From: Candidatus Hadarchaeum sp.
GTDB lineage: Archaea; Hadarchaeota; Hadarchaeia; Hadarchaeales; Hadarchaeaceae
Assembly: GCF_049969415.1 (NCBI RefSeq)
Contig: NZ_JBMFOX010000016.1
Span: 1-27,002 of the forward strand
Reading direction: 5' to 3'
Length of the DNA: 27,002 bases
Shown: piece by piece, positions 16,671 to 25,412 of the stretch
How positions within the stretch are numbered: the first letter of the stretch is position 1
Layout of the letters: every line of letters starts with the position of its first letter
Translations under genes and position numbers: made by a program
The notes under the pieces: model-generated
Database searches by the model: none
Seen by the model: only the letters and a program-made list of their open reading frames with translations
What the model was told of the DNA's origin: nothing

Positions 16671-16883
16671 ATGACGGTTGAGATTAAGGTGAAGATTGCC
16701 GGTCAGAGGTCTTCGCGCAGGTTAAGGGTTGCTCCCGGAACCACCGTCGCCGAGTTGCTCCGGAAGGTCGGTCAGAATCGTGAGACTGTGGTGGTGAGGT
16801 TAAACGGCAGGATCGTCGCTGAGGAGGAGCGCCTGAGAAAGGGAGACCTCGTTGAAATCCTGCCGGTAGTGACGGGTGGTTGA
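16671..16883 (+). CDS. ThiS/MoaD/SAMP ubiquitin-like sulfur carrier
   Basis: 70 aa, beta-grasp pattern, C-terminal VTGG, adjacent to the thiolase. Confidence 0.9.
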   Translation: MTVEIKVKIAGQRSSRRLRVAPGTTVAELLRKVGQNRETVVVRLNGRIVAEEERLRKGDLVEILPVVTGG

Positions 16884-17843
16884 GTGCTCAGGTGCAGCTT
16901 CTGCGGCCGAAGAGCCGTTTACCACCGGCGTTACGCCGGGGTTTTCCTGTGTGACCGCTGCATGATAAAGAGCGTTGAGCGAAGGTTTCGCCGGGCGGTC
17001 AACAACTACCGGCTCGTCTTGCCGGGCGAGAGGGTCGCTGTGGCCGTTTCCGGGGGAAAGGACAGCGTTGCCTGCCTGCATCTGCTCACCAATTACTGCC
17101 GGGGAAAGCGTTGCGAGGTGGTGGCCATCACGGTGGATGAGGGCATCAGGGGCTACCGCGACGAGAGCCTCCCCGTAGCCAGGGAGAACGCCGAGGTGCT
17201 GGGCGTCGAGCACTACGTGATCAGTTTCAAGAGTGTGTTCGGCGTCACCTTGGATGAAATGGTCAAAATTGCGGCCAAGAGAGGCACGGGATTGAATCCC
17301 TGCACCTACTGCGGCGTCATGCGCCGTTCCCTCCTTAATCAAGCTGCCCGGGAGTTGAGCGCGGATAAGCTGGCCACGGGTCACAATTTGGACGATGAGA
17401 CGCAGGCGATAATGCTGAACTACGTCCGGGCGGATCTTTCCCGGCTCTACCGGCTGGGACCCATCTACATCCCACTTGAGGGCTTCGTGCCTAGGATTAA
17501 ACCGCTGCGGGAGATTCCGGAGAAGGAGGTCGCGCTCTACGCGCTGCTCAAGGGAATAAAGGTTCATCTCGCCGTCTGCCCCTACGCGAGCGGAATTCAC
17601 ACCGAGATCCGGGATTTCTTAAACAGCCTTGAGGCCAATCACCCGAACTCGAAGTTCATGATTCTCCGGATGTTTGAGGAGATCAAGCCCCACCTGAAGT
17701 CGGCCACCCCGGAATTTGAGGTGAAAAGGTGCGAGAGGTGCGGGGAACCGACATCCACCCGGCTGTGCAAGACGTGTGAGCTGCTTCAGGGCCTCGGGCT
17801 GGCGAAGGGACGAAAGAACCTTATTTCTGAGCGAGATAGTTAA
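16884..17843 (+). CDS. ncsA: tRNA 2-thiolation protein, NcsA/TtuA/Ncs6 family
   Basis: N- and C-terminal Zn fingers, PP-loop SGGKDS, CTYCGVMRR, TGHNLDD and CPY. Confidence 0.9.
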   Translation: MLRCSFCGRRAVYHRRYAGVFLCDRCMIKSVERRFRRAVNNYRLVLPGERVAVAVSGGKDSVACLHLLTNYCRGKRCEVVAITVDEGIRGYRDESLPVARENAEVLGVEHYVISFKSVFGVTLDEMVKIAAKRGTGLNPCTYCGVMRRSLLNQAARELSADKLATGHNLDDETQAIMLNYVRADLSRLYRLGPIYIPLEGFVPRIKPLREIPEKEVALYALLKGIKVHLAVCPYASGIHTEIRDFLNSLEANHPNSKFMILRMFEEIKPHLKSATPEFEVKRCERCGEPTSTRLCKTCELLQGLGLAKGRKNLISERDS

Positions 17844-17847
17844 TTTT

Positions 17848-18159
17848 GGCGGCGGGCTAGGTGGGCAGCTACCCCTTGCCTGTACCACAAATGGGGTTCA
17901 CGGTGGGCCGAAGCCTGCGGACGGCGCTCGGAACTGCGCGTCGACCTAGCTACCGGCGACGAAGTCCTGTCCCATCGGGTCGGCGGCGGCAGGGTTCAGG
18001 CCGTAGGGTCTGAATTAACTGCCCTTGCCTCCTGAATCCCCCAGGGGCGGAAGTCAGCAAGGGTGGGGAGGACGTGCGGCGCTGATGGCAAACGGGATGG
18101 AGCTTGGGGCTAGCCATCGGTGCGCAGGGAAGGCGTCAACCGCGGGCGTGCCCGCCGCC
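17848..18159 (+). ncRNA. ffs: Archaeal signal recognition particle (7S) RNA
   Basis: Terminal helix GGCGGCGGGC/GCCCGCCGCC and Alu TGTA motif. Helix 6 is TTCAGGCC-GTAG-GGTCTGAA and helix 8 is CAGG-GGC-GGAA-GTC-AGCA (18042-18059). Length 312 nt. Confidence 0.93.
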
Positions 18160-18208
18160 GCCCGGCTCAGCAGCTCTTTTAATAAACTGAGGTCAGATTA
18201 ATGTCTGT

Positions 18209-18312
18209 GCGGGGGTAGCCAAGCCAGGTATGGCGGCAGGTTGCTAAGGTGGACCTGCAGGTACCTGTTGGCGCATCGCGCCTCAGGGGTTCAAATCCCC
18301 TCCCCCGCGCCA
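18209..18312 (+). tRNA. tRNA-Ser(GCT) with 16-nt intron at 37/38 (18247-18262), CCA encoded
   Basis: Acceptor GCGGGGG/CCCCCGC with G73; anticodon stem GCAGG/CCTGT; long variable arm GGCGC-ATC-GCGCC; T arm AGGGG-TTCAAAT-CCCCT. BHB central helix TTGC/GCAG. Confidence 0.9.
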
Positions 18313-18411
18313 GCGCTAAATTTTCGTAACGCCATTTTTGGAAAGATCTGCGTGCCAGTTCTTCACCTACCTGTTCTTTTAACCCCGAACGTTGAGTTTA
18401 TTTTGATAGTT

Positions 18412-19575
18412 ATGTCCACCTTACAAAGCGAGCAATCACTCACCGGTCGCGTCGTCTTTCAGTACTTCTATGACTGCGGCGGAGAAGTGGAACTGGAAAA
18501 GGTGCCGCTGGAGAAGCTGAATGTAATCCACCGGGTCGCGCCCAAGCGTTTGCGAGTGCTTGCCCCAAAATATGGGGAGGTTGGTCTCCAGCCGCTGGAG
18601 ATTAGTTTCGGGACCAAAAACATCGACGGTCACGAGGCGAGGGTGGATGGCAGAATTTTTCCCATCGGAGTAATCGAGATTTACATCGTCATAGAATTCA
18701 GAAACGCGAGCTTGAAGAGTTTGATAAGGCTGGTAAGGCTCGATGAACATCCGGTGAAGGTTTCGGGCACCGAGGTGGAGTTTGAGACGTTGGCCCGCGA
18801 GTATTTTGAGAAGTTGCTGGAGACGATCAAGCCGGCTCTAACCTCACCCTATCCCGCCTATAAGCATCCTGAAACATATACCCTCATCATGATAACGGAG
18901 TCATCCCCGAAGCTGAAGGCGCAGGATTTTCTGAGGAGGTTCCGCAAGCAGACGGCCGGCATCCTTCGCGGGGAAAAGGAATGGCGAAGGCTCAGCGACA
19001 AGGAGGTGGAGGACGCACTCAAGAGCTATCTCAGCTACTCTGAGGATGACATCGTGATCGTCGACTGGTATTCTGCGCTGATGAGCGGCGCGGTTAACTA
19101 CATGGATGAACTCGAACATATGATCGAGCTGGCCAAGATCCAGCTGCTTGAGCTCAAGACCTATGACAAGCTCCTCGACATGCGGCTGGAGCGCGCCTAC
19201 GATTCCCTGTACGCCGTTTTCACCGGGGCCAGGGTCGGGATGCTTTGGGGCCGGCGCTGGTACGGCAAGCTCGCTCTCGCCGCCGGGGAACTGGCCGAGT
19301 GGCGGGTCGAGGTGACGGACTTGGTGGAGGACATGAGGAACATCCTTAAATTTACCGGTGACTGGTATCTGGGAAAGCTCTACCGGATAGCGAGCGAGCG
19401 CTTTCGCATCCAGGATTGGCTGGCGCTTGTGGACAGAAAGCTGAACCAGCTTCAGGAGCTCTATGCGATGGCGATGGAGCGGGTCGATGTCCACCGCGCG
19501 AGGACGCTGGAGCTCCTCATCATCCTCCTGATCGCGATTGAAGTAGTGCTGGCGTTGGTCATCGGATTGAAGTGA
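18412..19575 (+). CDS. RMD1/DUF155 (CorA-funnel-like) protein with C-terminal TM helix
   Basis: Long helical region ending LELLIILLIAIEVV. Start moved to ATG 18412 because the ORF-track start lies inside tRNA-Ser. Confidence 0.65.
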   Translation: MSTLQSEQSLTGRVVFQYFYDCGGEVELEKVPLEKLNVIHRVAPKRLRVLAPKYGEVGLQPLEISFGTKNIDGHEARVDGRIFPIGVIEIYIVIEFRNASLKSLIRLVRLDEHPVKVSGTEVEFETLAREYFEKLLETIKPALTSPYPAYKHPETYTLIMITESSPKLKAQDFLRRFRKQTAGILRGEKEWRRLSDKEVEDALKSYLSYSEDDIVIVDWYSALMSGAVNYMDELEHMIELAKIQLLELKTYDKLLDMRLERAYDSLYAVFTGARVGMLWGRRWYGKLALAAGELAEWRVEVTDLVEDMRNILKFTGDWYLGKLYRIASERFRIQDWLALVDRKLNQLQELYAMAMERVDVHRARTLELLIILLIAIEVVLALVIGLK

Positions 19576-19617
19576 AGACACGGGTTATTCTTTTTATGGC
19601 GGAGCAAAAGTTAGTTG

Positions 19618-19690
19618 GGGCCCGTAGTCCAGTGGTTAAGACGCTACCCTTACAAGGTAGAGATCGAGGGTTCGAATCCCTCCGGGCCCA
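19618..19690 (+). tRNA. tRNA-Val(TAC), intronless, CCA not encoded
   Basis: Acceptor GGGCCCG/CGGGCCC with A73; anticodon arm CTACC-CTTACAA-GGTAG; T arm GAGGG-TTCGAAT-CCCTC. TATA-like ctttttat upstream. Confidence 0.96.
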
Positions 19691-19763
19691 CTTGATCAAT
19701 AAAAATATTGGTCAGAAACGTTGAACTTCCGAATCTGGTGACCAAATAACTTGAAGTGTTGTC

Positions 19764-20300
19764 TCAGGCCTTTTTCGGCTGTTTCTTCTTTTTCATTAAA
19801 TTTTTGATTTCCTCGTGCAGGATTTTGAAGCGGCTGAGGGCCGGGTGCTGCGGGCCGAGCTTAGATTTAAACCATTCGACGGCCTGCCTGTAGGTGCCCC
19901 GCTTGTTACCTGAGACGAGCTTGTCTGCGTAGGTAACCACTTTTTCCTCGATTGTCAGCGGCACGAAGTCTCGAGCAGGCAACCCCAGCGCCCTTGCTTC
20001 CTCGGCCGGAATACCCGCGCCCAGGTGCCTTTCGGCGAAGGGTACGAGTTCCACCAAACCTAGCTTTCTGAGGATTTTCCCGCCCTCGACCCCGTGTTCA
20101 ATACCGTGCGTCTTTGCCCTGCCGATGTCGTGTAGGAGCCCGCCCAGGCTGACCAACCCTAGGTCAATTCGGTGCCCGTTGGCGGCGATTTTTTTGGCGA
20201 TGGAAAGTGCCGTGCGCTCGACGGCGAGGCAGTGCTCGATAACTTTTGTCGAACAACCGGCCTCACGCAGGGCAGCGAGGGCTCTGTCTCTTTCGATCAT
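19764..20300 (-). CDS. HD-domain (HDIG) phosphohydrolase, archaeal TIGR00295-like
   Basis: VIEHC..V, LLHDIGR, HGVEG, ERHLGAGI and EEKVVTYADKL. Confidence 0.88.
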   Translation of the reverse strand: MIERDRALAALREAGCSTKVIEHCLAVERTALSIAKKIAANGHRIDLGLVSLGGLLHDIGRAKTHGIEHGVEGGKILRKLGLVELVPFAERHLGAGIPAEEARALGLPARDFVPLTIEEKVVTYADKLVSGNKRGTYRQAVEWFKSKLGPQHPALSRFKILHEEIKNLMKKKKQPKKA

Positions 20301-20332
20301 CCTCTCCTTATGACTCGTGGAATTTTAGTTTC

Positions 20333-20367
20333 TTATCTCTTTTGAGTGGCGCGGGTAAAAGAGATAA
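20333..20367. promoter_or_regulatory. Perfect 11-bp inverted repeat (TTATCTCTTTT-N13-AAAAGAGATAA) in a divergent promoter region
   Basis: Arms 20333-20343 and 20357-20367 are exact reverse complements, each about 30 nt from a start codon. Confidence 0.6.
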
Positions 20368-20396
20368 AGGAGAAATGAAAATAAAATTTGATTTTC

Positions 20397-20756
20397 ATGG
20401 CTCGAAAAATTGTCCTGAAGTTTCCCGATTTTGAGGCCGAGGTAGAGCTGCTGGAAAAGGATCACTCCAGAATATGTGAGGCCATCTGGCGCGCCCTGCC
20501 GTTTGAAGGCGTGGCGGACGTCTGGAAGGAGGAGATCTACTTCGAGATCCCGGTTAAGATAAAGCCCGAAAGGACCACGACGCGGACAAAAACGGGAGAT
20601 GTCTCCTACTGGCCTGATGGCCCGGCGCTCTGCGTCTTCTTCGGAAGCTCGCAGCCGGTAGGCCCCGTCGAGACCTTCGGGGTAGTCCGGCAGGGAATTG
20701 AGAATTTCCGCCGGCTCAAGGCCGGAACCACCGTCACCGTGATCGGTTCTAGATGA
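20397..20756 (+). CDS. Cyclophilin-like fold protein (TM1367/DUF369-like)
   Basis: IWRALPF, WKEEIYFEIPV and GDVSYWPDGPALCVFFG. Confidence 0.85.
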   Translation: MARKIVLKFPDFEAEVELLEKDHSRICEAIWRALPFEGVADVWKEEIYFEIPVKIKPERTTTRTKTGDVSYWPDGPALCVFFGSSQPVGPVETFGVVRQGIENFRRLKAGTTVTVIGSR

Positions 20757-21795
20757 CGCCGGTTATTTTGGCTAGCCTTTCAGCAGCCCTTCTGCTCAGG
20801 CCGTCCTTCAGGACGGTGTAGCGGTCGGGCCTGATTTTGTGCGCTATCGTCAGGGCCTTCACGATGTATTTTGGAGGTATCCCCAGCTCCTTGGCGTTAG
20901 TGGGTGCTCCGATCGTCTTCAGCGCCTCCTTGACGGCGACCCAGTCCTCGCCGTGGAGATAGGCCATCATTATCGTCCCCACGCCGCACTGCTCCCCGTG
21001 GAGCGCGGGTTTCGGCGCCGTGATGTCGAGGGCATGGCTGAAGAGGTGTTCCGATCCGCTCGCGGGCCTGCTGCTTCCGGCTATGGCCATCGCCACGCTG
21101 CTTGAGATCAATGCCTTGACGACCTCCCTCACGCTCTCCTCGGTGCGTTTTCTGATCAGCCCGGCATTTTCCATAACGATTTGATAGCTCACCAAGGAGA
21201 GCATCGCCGCATATTCGCTGTAAGGTTCGCCTTTGATTCGATGGGCCATCTGCCAGTCCCGGACTGCGGTCAGGTTGGAGATGATGTCACCGCAGCCAGC
21301 CGCCAGCAAGCGGTGCGGTGCGCGTCTGATGATGAGGGTGTCGGCGATGATCGCTATCGGTGCATGCGTTTCAATGGAGGTCGGCTTTTTGCCGCCTTTG
21401 ATCGAGGCCCGGGAGGAGGCAATCCCGTCGTGGGAGGCGGCCGTCGGCACCGAGACAAATGGCCTGCCTTCTTGGAATGACGCCAGTTTGGCCACATCGA
21501 TGCACCTGCCCCCGCCGACGCCTAAAAAGAAGTCGATTTTGCCCCCAGAGATTTCTCTCACCTTCGCCACCGTCGGGAGATCCGCCTCATTTATTATCGT
21601 GTGATTGACTTCGAAACCCGCCCGCTCCAGCTGGGATTTGACCTTGGAGCCAACCAGTTCAAAGGTCGTCGGGTCGGCCACAATCAGGGCCCGCTTTCCC
21701 AGTTCCAGCTTCCGACACACGTGCGCCACCTTGGATATCACCCTAGGCCCCATCCAGACCTCCCGGGGCAGTCCAATTTTCTTGGGCTCCTTCAC
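20749..21795 (-). CDS. egsA: sn-glycerol-1-phosphate dehydrogenase
   Basis: LPREV, GVGGGRCIDVAK, PTAASHDGIAS, SSRPASGSEHLFSHALD, LHGEQCG and RYTVL. Confidence 0.96.
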   Translation of the reverse strand: MKEPKKIGLPREVWMGPRVISKVAHVCRKLELGKRALIVADPTTFELVGSKVKSQLERAGFEVNHTIINEADLPTVAKVREISGGKIDFFLGVGGGRCIDVAKLASFQEGRPFVSVPTAASHDGIASSRASIKGGKKPTSIETHAPIAIIADTLIIRRAPHRLLAAGCGDIISNLTAVRDWQMAHRIKGEPYSEYAAMLSLVSYQIVMENAGLIRKRTEESVREVVKALISSSVAMAIAGSSRPASGSEHLFSHALDITAPKPALHGEQCGVGTIMMAYLHGEDWVAVKEALKTIGAPTNAKELGIPPKYIVKALTIAHKIRPDRYTVLKDGLSRRAAERLAKITGVI

Positions 21796-21890
21796 CGCAT
21801 CCCCGCTCTCAAATTTGCGGATAACTTTATATAGAACTACCACGATTCACTTATTGCTGCTTCTATGCGGCGTTTTTGGGGTGCATAGTT

Positions 21891-22505
21891 TTGAAAGAGG
21901 AGAGATTTGAGCAATTGAAGGGAACGACGACGGTCGGCATGGTGTGCAAGGACGGCGTGGTTTTGGCCACCGATTCACGCGCCACCATGGGCTACCTTGT
22001 GGCCAGTAAGAAGTCTAGGAAGATTTACAGCATCACGGACCGGATAGCCTTTACCACCGCAGGAGGGGTGGCCGACACGGAGCAGCTGGTCAACATGATG
22101 AGAGCTGAGGCGGGTTACTACGCGATGCATGAGGGCATCCCGATGAACGTTTTAGCCTGCGCCAAGATGGTCTCCAATCTGATGAATTCCTACATATACT
22201 ACGCGAACCTTCTGGTCGGAGGCATGGATGGTGACATCCCGCGGTTGTTCTTCATCGATGTTGACGGCGGCATGATTGAGGAGAAAATGGTGGCGACGGG
22301 ATCGGGATCGCCGGTCGCCTACGGTGTGCTGGAAACCGAATTCAAAGAGGGCATGAAAACGGATGAGGCGGTCCCGGTTGCCATTCGAGCCGTCAAGACG
22401 GCGATGAAACGGGACATTGCCACGGGAAACGAGGTCCAGGTCGCCGTGATCACCAAGAAAGGTTATCGCGAGCTTACCCCGGATGAAATTAAAAAACTGG
22501 CCTAG
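21891..22505 (+). CDS. psmB: Proteasome beta subunit
   Basis: Short propeptide then LKG|TTTVG, DSRAT, GGVAD, ATGSGSPVAYG and RDIATG. Confidence 0.95.
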   Translation: MKEERFEQLKGTTTVGMVCKDGVVLATDSRATMGYLVASKKSRKIYSITDRIAFTTAGGVADTEQLVNMMRAEAGYYAMHEGIPMNVLACAKMVSNLMNSYIYYANLLVGGMDGDIPRLFFIDVDGGMIEEKMVATGSGSPVAYGVLETEFKEGMKTDEAVPVAIRAVKTAMKRDIATGNEVQVAVITKKGYRELTPDEIKKLA

Positions 22506-22533
22506 GGCACATCTGGAAAGTTAAGGTGCGAGC

Positions 22534-24438
22534 ATGGCTGCGGAGGAATTGCTTAAAGAGATAAAGGCCGCGGTGAAGGAGACACCATTTGCCGACGCAG
22601 TCACCAATATCGACTTTGAGGGGCCGCGGGTCGTCCTCTACTGCGGAAATCTGGATCCGCTGATGGACAACGGTGAGAAGATAAAGGATCTCGCCCGCAA
22701 GCTCAGGAAGAGAATCATCCTGCGTCCTGATCCGTCCATCCTGACCGAGAAGGAAAAGGCCGAGAAGAAAATCAGGGAACTGGTGCCGGACGAGGCCAAG
22801 ATCACCGACATCATTTTCAGCGATGACATCGGTGAGGTGACGATAGAGGCCGAGAAGCCCGGAGTCGCCATCGGCAAGGGCGGGGCCCTGCTCCGGGAGA
22901 TAATGCGCCAGATAAGCTGGACGCCGAAGATTATCCGGGCGCCACCGATAAAGTCCGACATCGTGCGCAATATCAGGCTCTCGATGATTTACGGCGGGGC
23001 CGAGCGGCGGGAAATCCTGAGGCGGATCGGTCGGCGCATCCACCGCGAGCAAAAGGCCAAGGACGGCTGGGTGAGGCTCACGGCTCTAGGGGGCGCCAGG
23101 GAGGTCGGAAGATCTTGTTTCCTGCTCCAGACTCCCGAAAGCAGGGTGATGCTCGACTGTGGCGTCAACGTGGCCTCCGATGACAAGGCCTTCCCCCATC
23201 TCGAGGCCCCGGAGGTCAGGTTGCCGGAGCTGGATGCGTTGGTCCTAACCCATGCCCACCTCGACCACTGCGGTTTCATACCTTATCTTTTCAAGTACGG
23301 TTTTGACGGGCCGGTTTACTGCACCCCTCCGACGCGGGACCTTGCCATCCTGCTGCTGCTGGATTACTTGGATATCGCCGAGCGCGAGGGGAAACAGCTC
23401 CCCTTCAACAAGAGGGACATCGGCTCATTTCTCTCCCACTGCATAACCTTGGAGTACGGTGACGTGACGGACATCGCCCCGGACATCAGGATCACCTTCC
23501 ACAACGCCGGGCACATCTTGGGCTCCTCGTTGGTTCACATCCACATCGGCGACGGGCTTTACAACGTGGTCTACACCGGCGACCTGAAGTTTGACCGCAC
23601 GCGCCTCTTTTCCCCCGCAGTTTACAGCTTCCCCCGGGTCGAAACGCTGATCATCGACAGCACCTATGGCGGCTCCGAGGACATTCAGCCCTACCGAACG
23701 GATGCCGAGAAGGCCTTCATTCAGGCGGTGCTGGAGACGATAAAACGCGGCGGAAAGGTGCTCATCCCCGCCTTCGCCGTGGGCCGGGCTCAGGAGATAA
23801 TGGTCCTGCTCGAGAGCGCCAGGCGCAGCAAGATCTTAGATGGTATTCCCGTCTACCTGGATGGCATGATCTGGGAGGCGACCGCCATCCACACCGCTTA
23901 CCCCGAGTATCTCTCCCAGGAGCTGCGGGAGCTGATCTTCAAGGAGGAAGAGAACCCGTTTCTTTCCGACATGTTTACCAAGGTCTCCGGGCCTGACCAG
24001 CGAGCCGAGATAATCGCCGGCGAACCTTCGGTTATCCTCTCCACGGCAGGCATGATGGCCGGTGGCCCGGTTCTAGAGTACTTTAAGCATCTGGCGCCCG
24101 ATCCCAAGAACACCTTGATCTTCGTGGGTTATCAGGGCGAGGGCTCGATGGGGCGGAGGATTCAGAAGGGCTGGCGCGAGATCCCGATGCAGGGCGAGAA
24201 GGGGAAGCTGGTGGAGGTCAAGGTCAACATGGACGTGAGGACGATTGAGGGCTTCAGCGGCCACTCCGATCGTGCCCAGCTGCTCAACTACATCAGAAGG
24301 CTGTCACCCAAACCAGACAGGATCATAAACGTTCATGGGGACGATACCAAGTGCACCGACTTCGCCGCCGCATTGCACAAGCTCTTCCGGGTGGAAACTA
24401 GGGCACCGCTGAACCTCGAGACCATCAGGCTAAGGTAA
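22534..24438 (+). CDS. fttA: beta-CASP ribonuclease aCPSF1 / transcription termination factor FttA
   Basis: N-terminal KH domains, LGGAREVGRS, THAHLDH, NAGHILGSS and GFSGHSD. Conserved adjacency to psmB. Confidence 0.95.
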   Translation: MAAEELLKEIKAAVKETPFADAVTNIDFEGPRVVLYCGNLDPLMDNGEKIKDLARKLRKRIILRPDPSILTEKEKAEKKIRELVPDEAKITDIIFSDDIGEVTIEAEKPGVAIGKGGALLREIMRQISWTPKIIRAPPIKSDIVRNIRLSMIYGGAERREILRRIGRRIHREQKAKDGWVRLTALGGAREVGRSCFLLQTPESRVMLDCGVNVASDDKAFPHLEAPEVRLPELDALVLTHAHLDHCGFIPYLFKYGFDGPVYCTPPTRDLAILLLLDYLDIAEREGKQLPFNKRDIGSFLSHCITLEYGDVTDIAPDIRITFHNAGHILGSSLVHIHIGDGLYNVVYTGDLKFDRTRLFSPAVYSFPRVETLIIDSTYGGSEDIQPYRTDAEKAFIQAVLETIKRGGKVLIPAFAVGRAQEIMVLLESARRSKILDGIPVYLDGMIWEATAIHTAYPEYLSQELRELIFKEEENPFLSDMFTKVSGPDQRAEIIAGEPSVILSTAGMMAGGPVLEYFKHLAPDPKNTLIFVGYQGEGSMGRRIQKGWREIPMQGEKGKLVEVKVNMDVRTIEGFSGHSDRAQLLNYIRRLSPKPDRIINVHGDDTKCTDFAAALHKLFRVETRAPLNLETIRLR

Positions 24439-24993
24439 CGAAGTGAGCGCTTTTATTTCCCTCTTCGTCAGCCTGTGCTTTTTCGATCTGCGGTCAACGA
24501 TGGCGCTGTGGCCGAAGGGATCCATCAGGATTATTTTGGCCCGGGCCCGCCCCTGAACCAGCGCCTCTATTTTTTTGAGCTTCTCCTCGGCCGCCCGGCG
24601 CTTTGAGGGCGGGGCGGACTCCATGGCGGAGGTCAACACATCCCTGATCCGGATCAGAACGCCCTCGATGTTGGTTATATATCCCTGGCTGCCCGGGCCG
24701 GGGCTGATGGTCACGCCCAGCCCAGGTATCTTTATCGTGCCGGTGCTCGACCTGACGACCCTGACCTTCATGTCTTCCTCCGAGGTTATCAGAAATTCAT
24801 ATTTTGAGCCCTCCTGCTTGCCTAGGTGGGTCACTTCGGAGTGCTTGAAGTTACACTTGCTGCAGGTGGCTAGGGTTTCCATTGTCTCGCCGAAGTAAGG
24901 GATATCGTCAATCCTGCCGAAAACTTGAAAGGTGCCCCTAGCCCCACAAATGGGACAAATCTCAACCGGGAGGACGAACTCCCTTTTCATCAT
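24430..24993 (-). CDS. ZPR1 zinc-finger domain protein
   Basis: CPICG...IPYFGE...CSKCNFK, RVVRSS, GYITNIEGVL and DPFGHS. Confidence 0.93.
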   Translation of the reverse strand: MMKREFVLPVEICPICGARGTFQVFGRIDDIPYFGETMETLATCSKCNFKHSEVTHLGKQEGSKYEFLITSEEDMKVRVVRSSTGTIKIPGLGVTISPGPGSQGYITNIEGVLIRIRDVLTSAMESAPPSKRRAAEEKLKKIEALVQGRARAKIILMDPFGHSAIVDRRSKKHRLTKREIKALTSLP

Positions 24994-25005
24994 GAGCACA
25001 CCAAA

Positions 25006-25380
25006 TCAGGTGGCAGGCTTCCTGAACTGGAGGCTGATGTACTTTGGCGTGGCGATTACCTTGGTTTCCGTGAGCCGCCCCATGTCCCCGCCGATCCCCT
25101 GACAGATGCCCTTGAGCTGGTCAATGGCCTGCTTCAATTCTTGGGGATCATGGTTCATGAGCGAGCTGATGTCCAGGATGATGATGTTTCCCGCCCGGAG
25201 TTCGTCGGCAGCCTCTTGGACGTCGGCGAGGCTGTTGAGTTCCATGCTCTTGACGTAGATGGGCTCCACCTCGCCCAGCTTTCTCGTGCCGGCGGTACTC
25301 TCGACCTCAGTGACCGGTATCTCCTGAATTGGCGCCGGCTCTGAGCGGGGCTTGCTAAAAATTTTCTTTAGCGATCTCAT
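25006..25380 (-). CDS. sepF: Archaeal cell division protein SepF
   Basis: ELRAGNIIILDI...LK....IGGDMGRL....VIATP pattern. Confidence 0.85.
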   Translation of the reverse strand: MRSLKKIFSKPRSEPAPIQEIPVTEVESTAGTRKLGEVEPIYVKSMELNSLADVQEAADELRAGNIIILDISSLMNHDPQELKQAIDQLKGICQGIGGDMGRLTETKVIATPKYISLQFRKPAT

Positions 25381-25412
25381 GTACTCTCGTGCAAATATCG
25401 ATTAATCAATAT

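Noticed and set aside
18241-18248. CTA or TAA read as an anticodon (tRNA-Pyl or tRNA-Leu)
   Set aside because: Stem geometry puts GCT at 34-36; G73 and the long variable arm fit Ser.
18241-18411. N-terminal extension of ORF 18241..19575
   Set aside because: It runs through tRNA-Ser; ATG 18412 has a TATA-like element upstream.
19708-19745. TTGGTCA / TGACCAA inverted repeat after tRNA-Val
   Set aside because: Only 7 bp with a 24-nt spacer; could aid termination but is unsupported.
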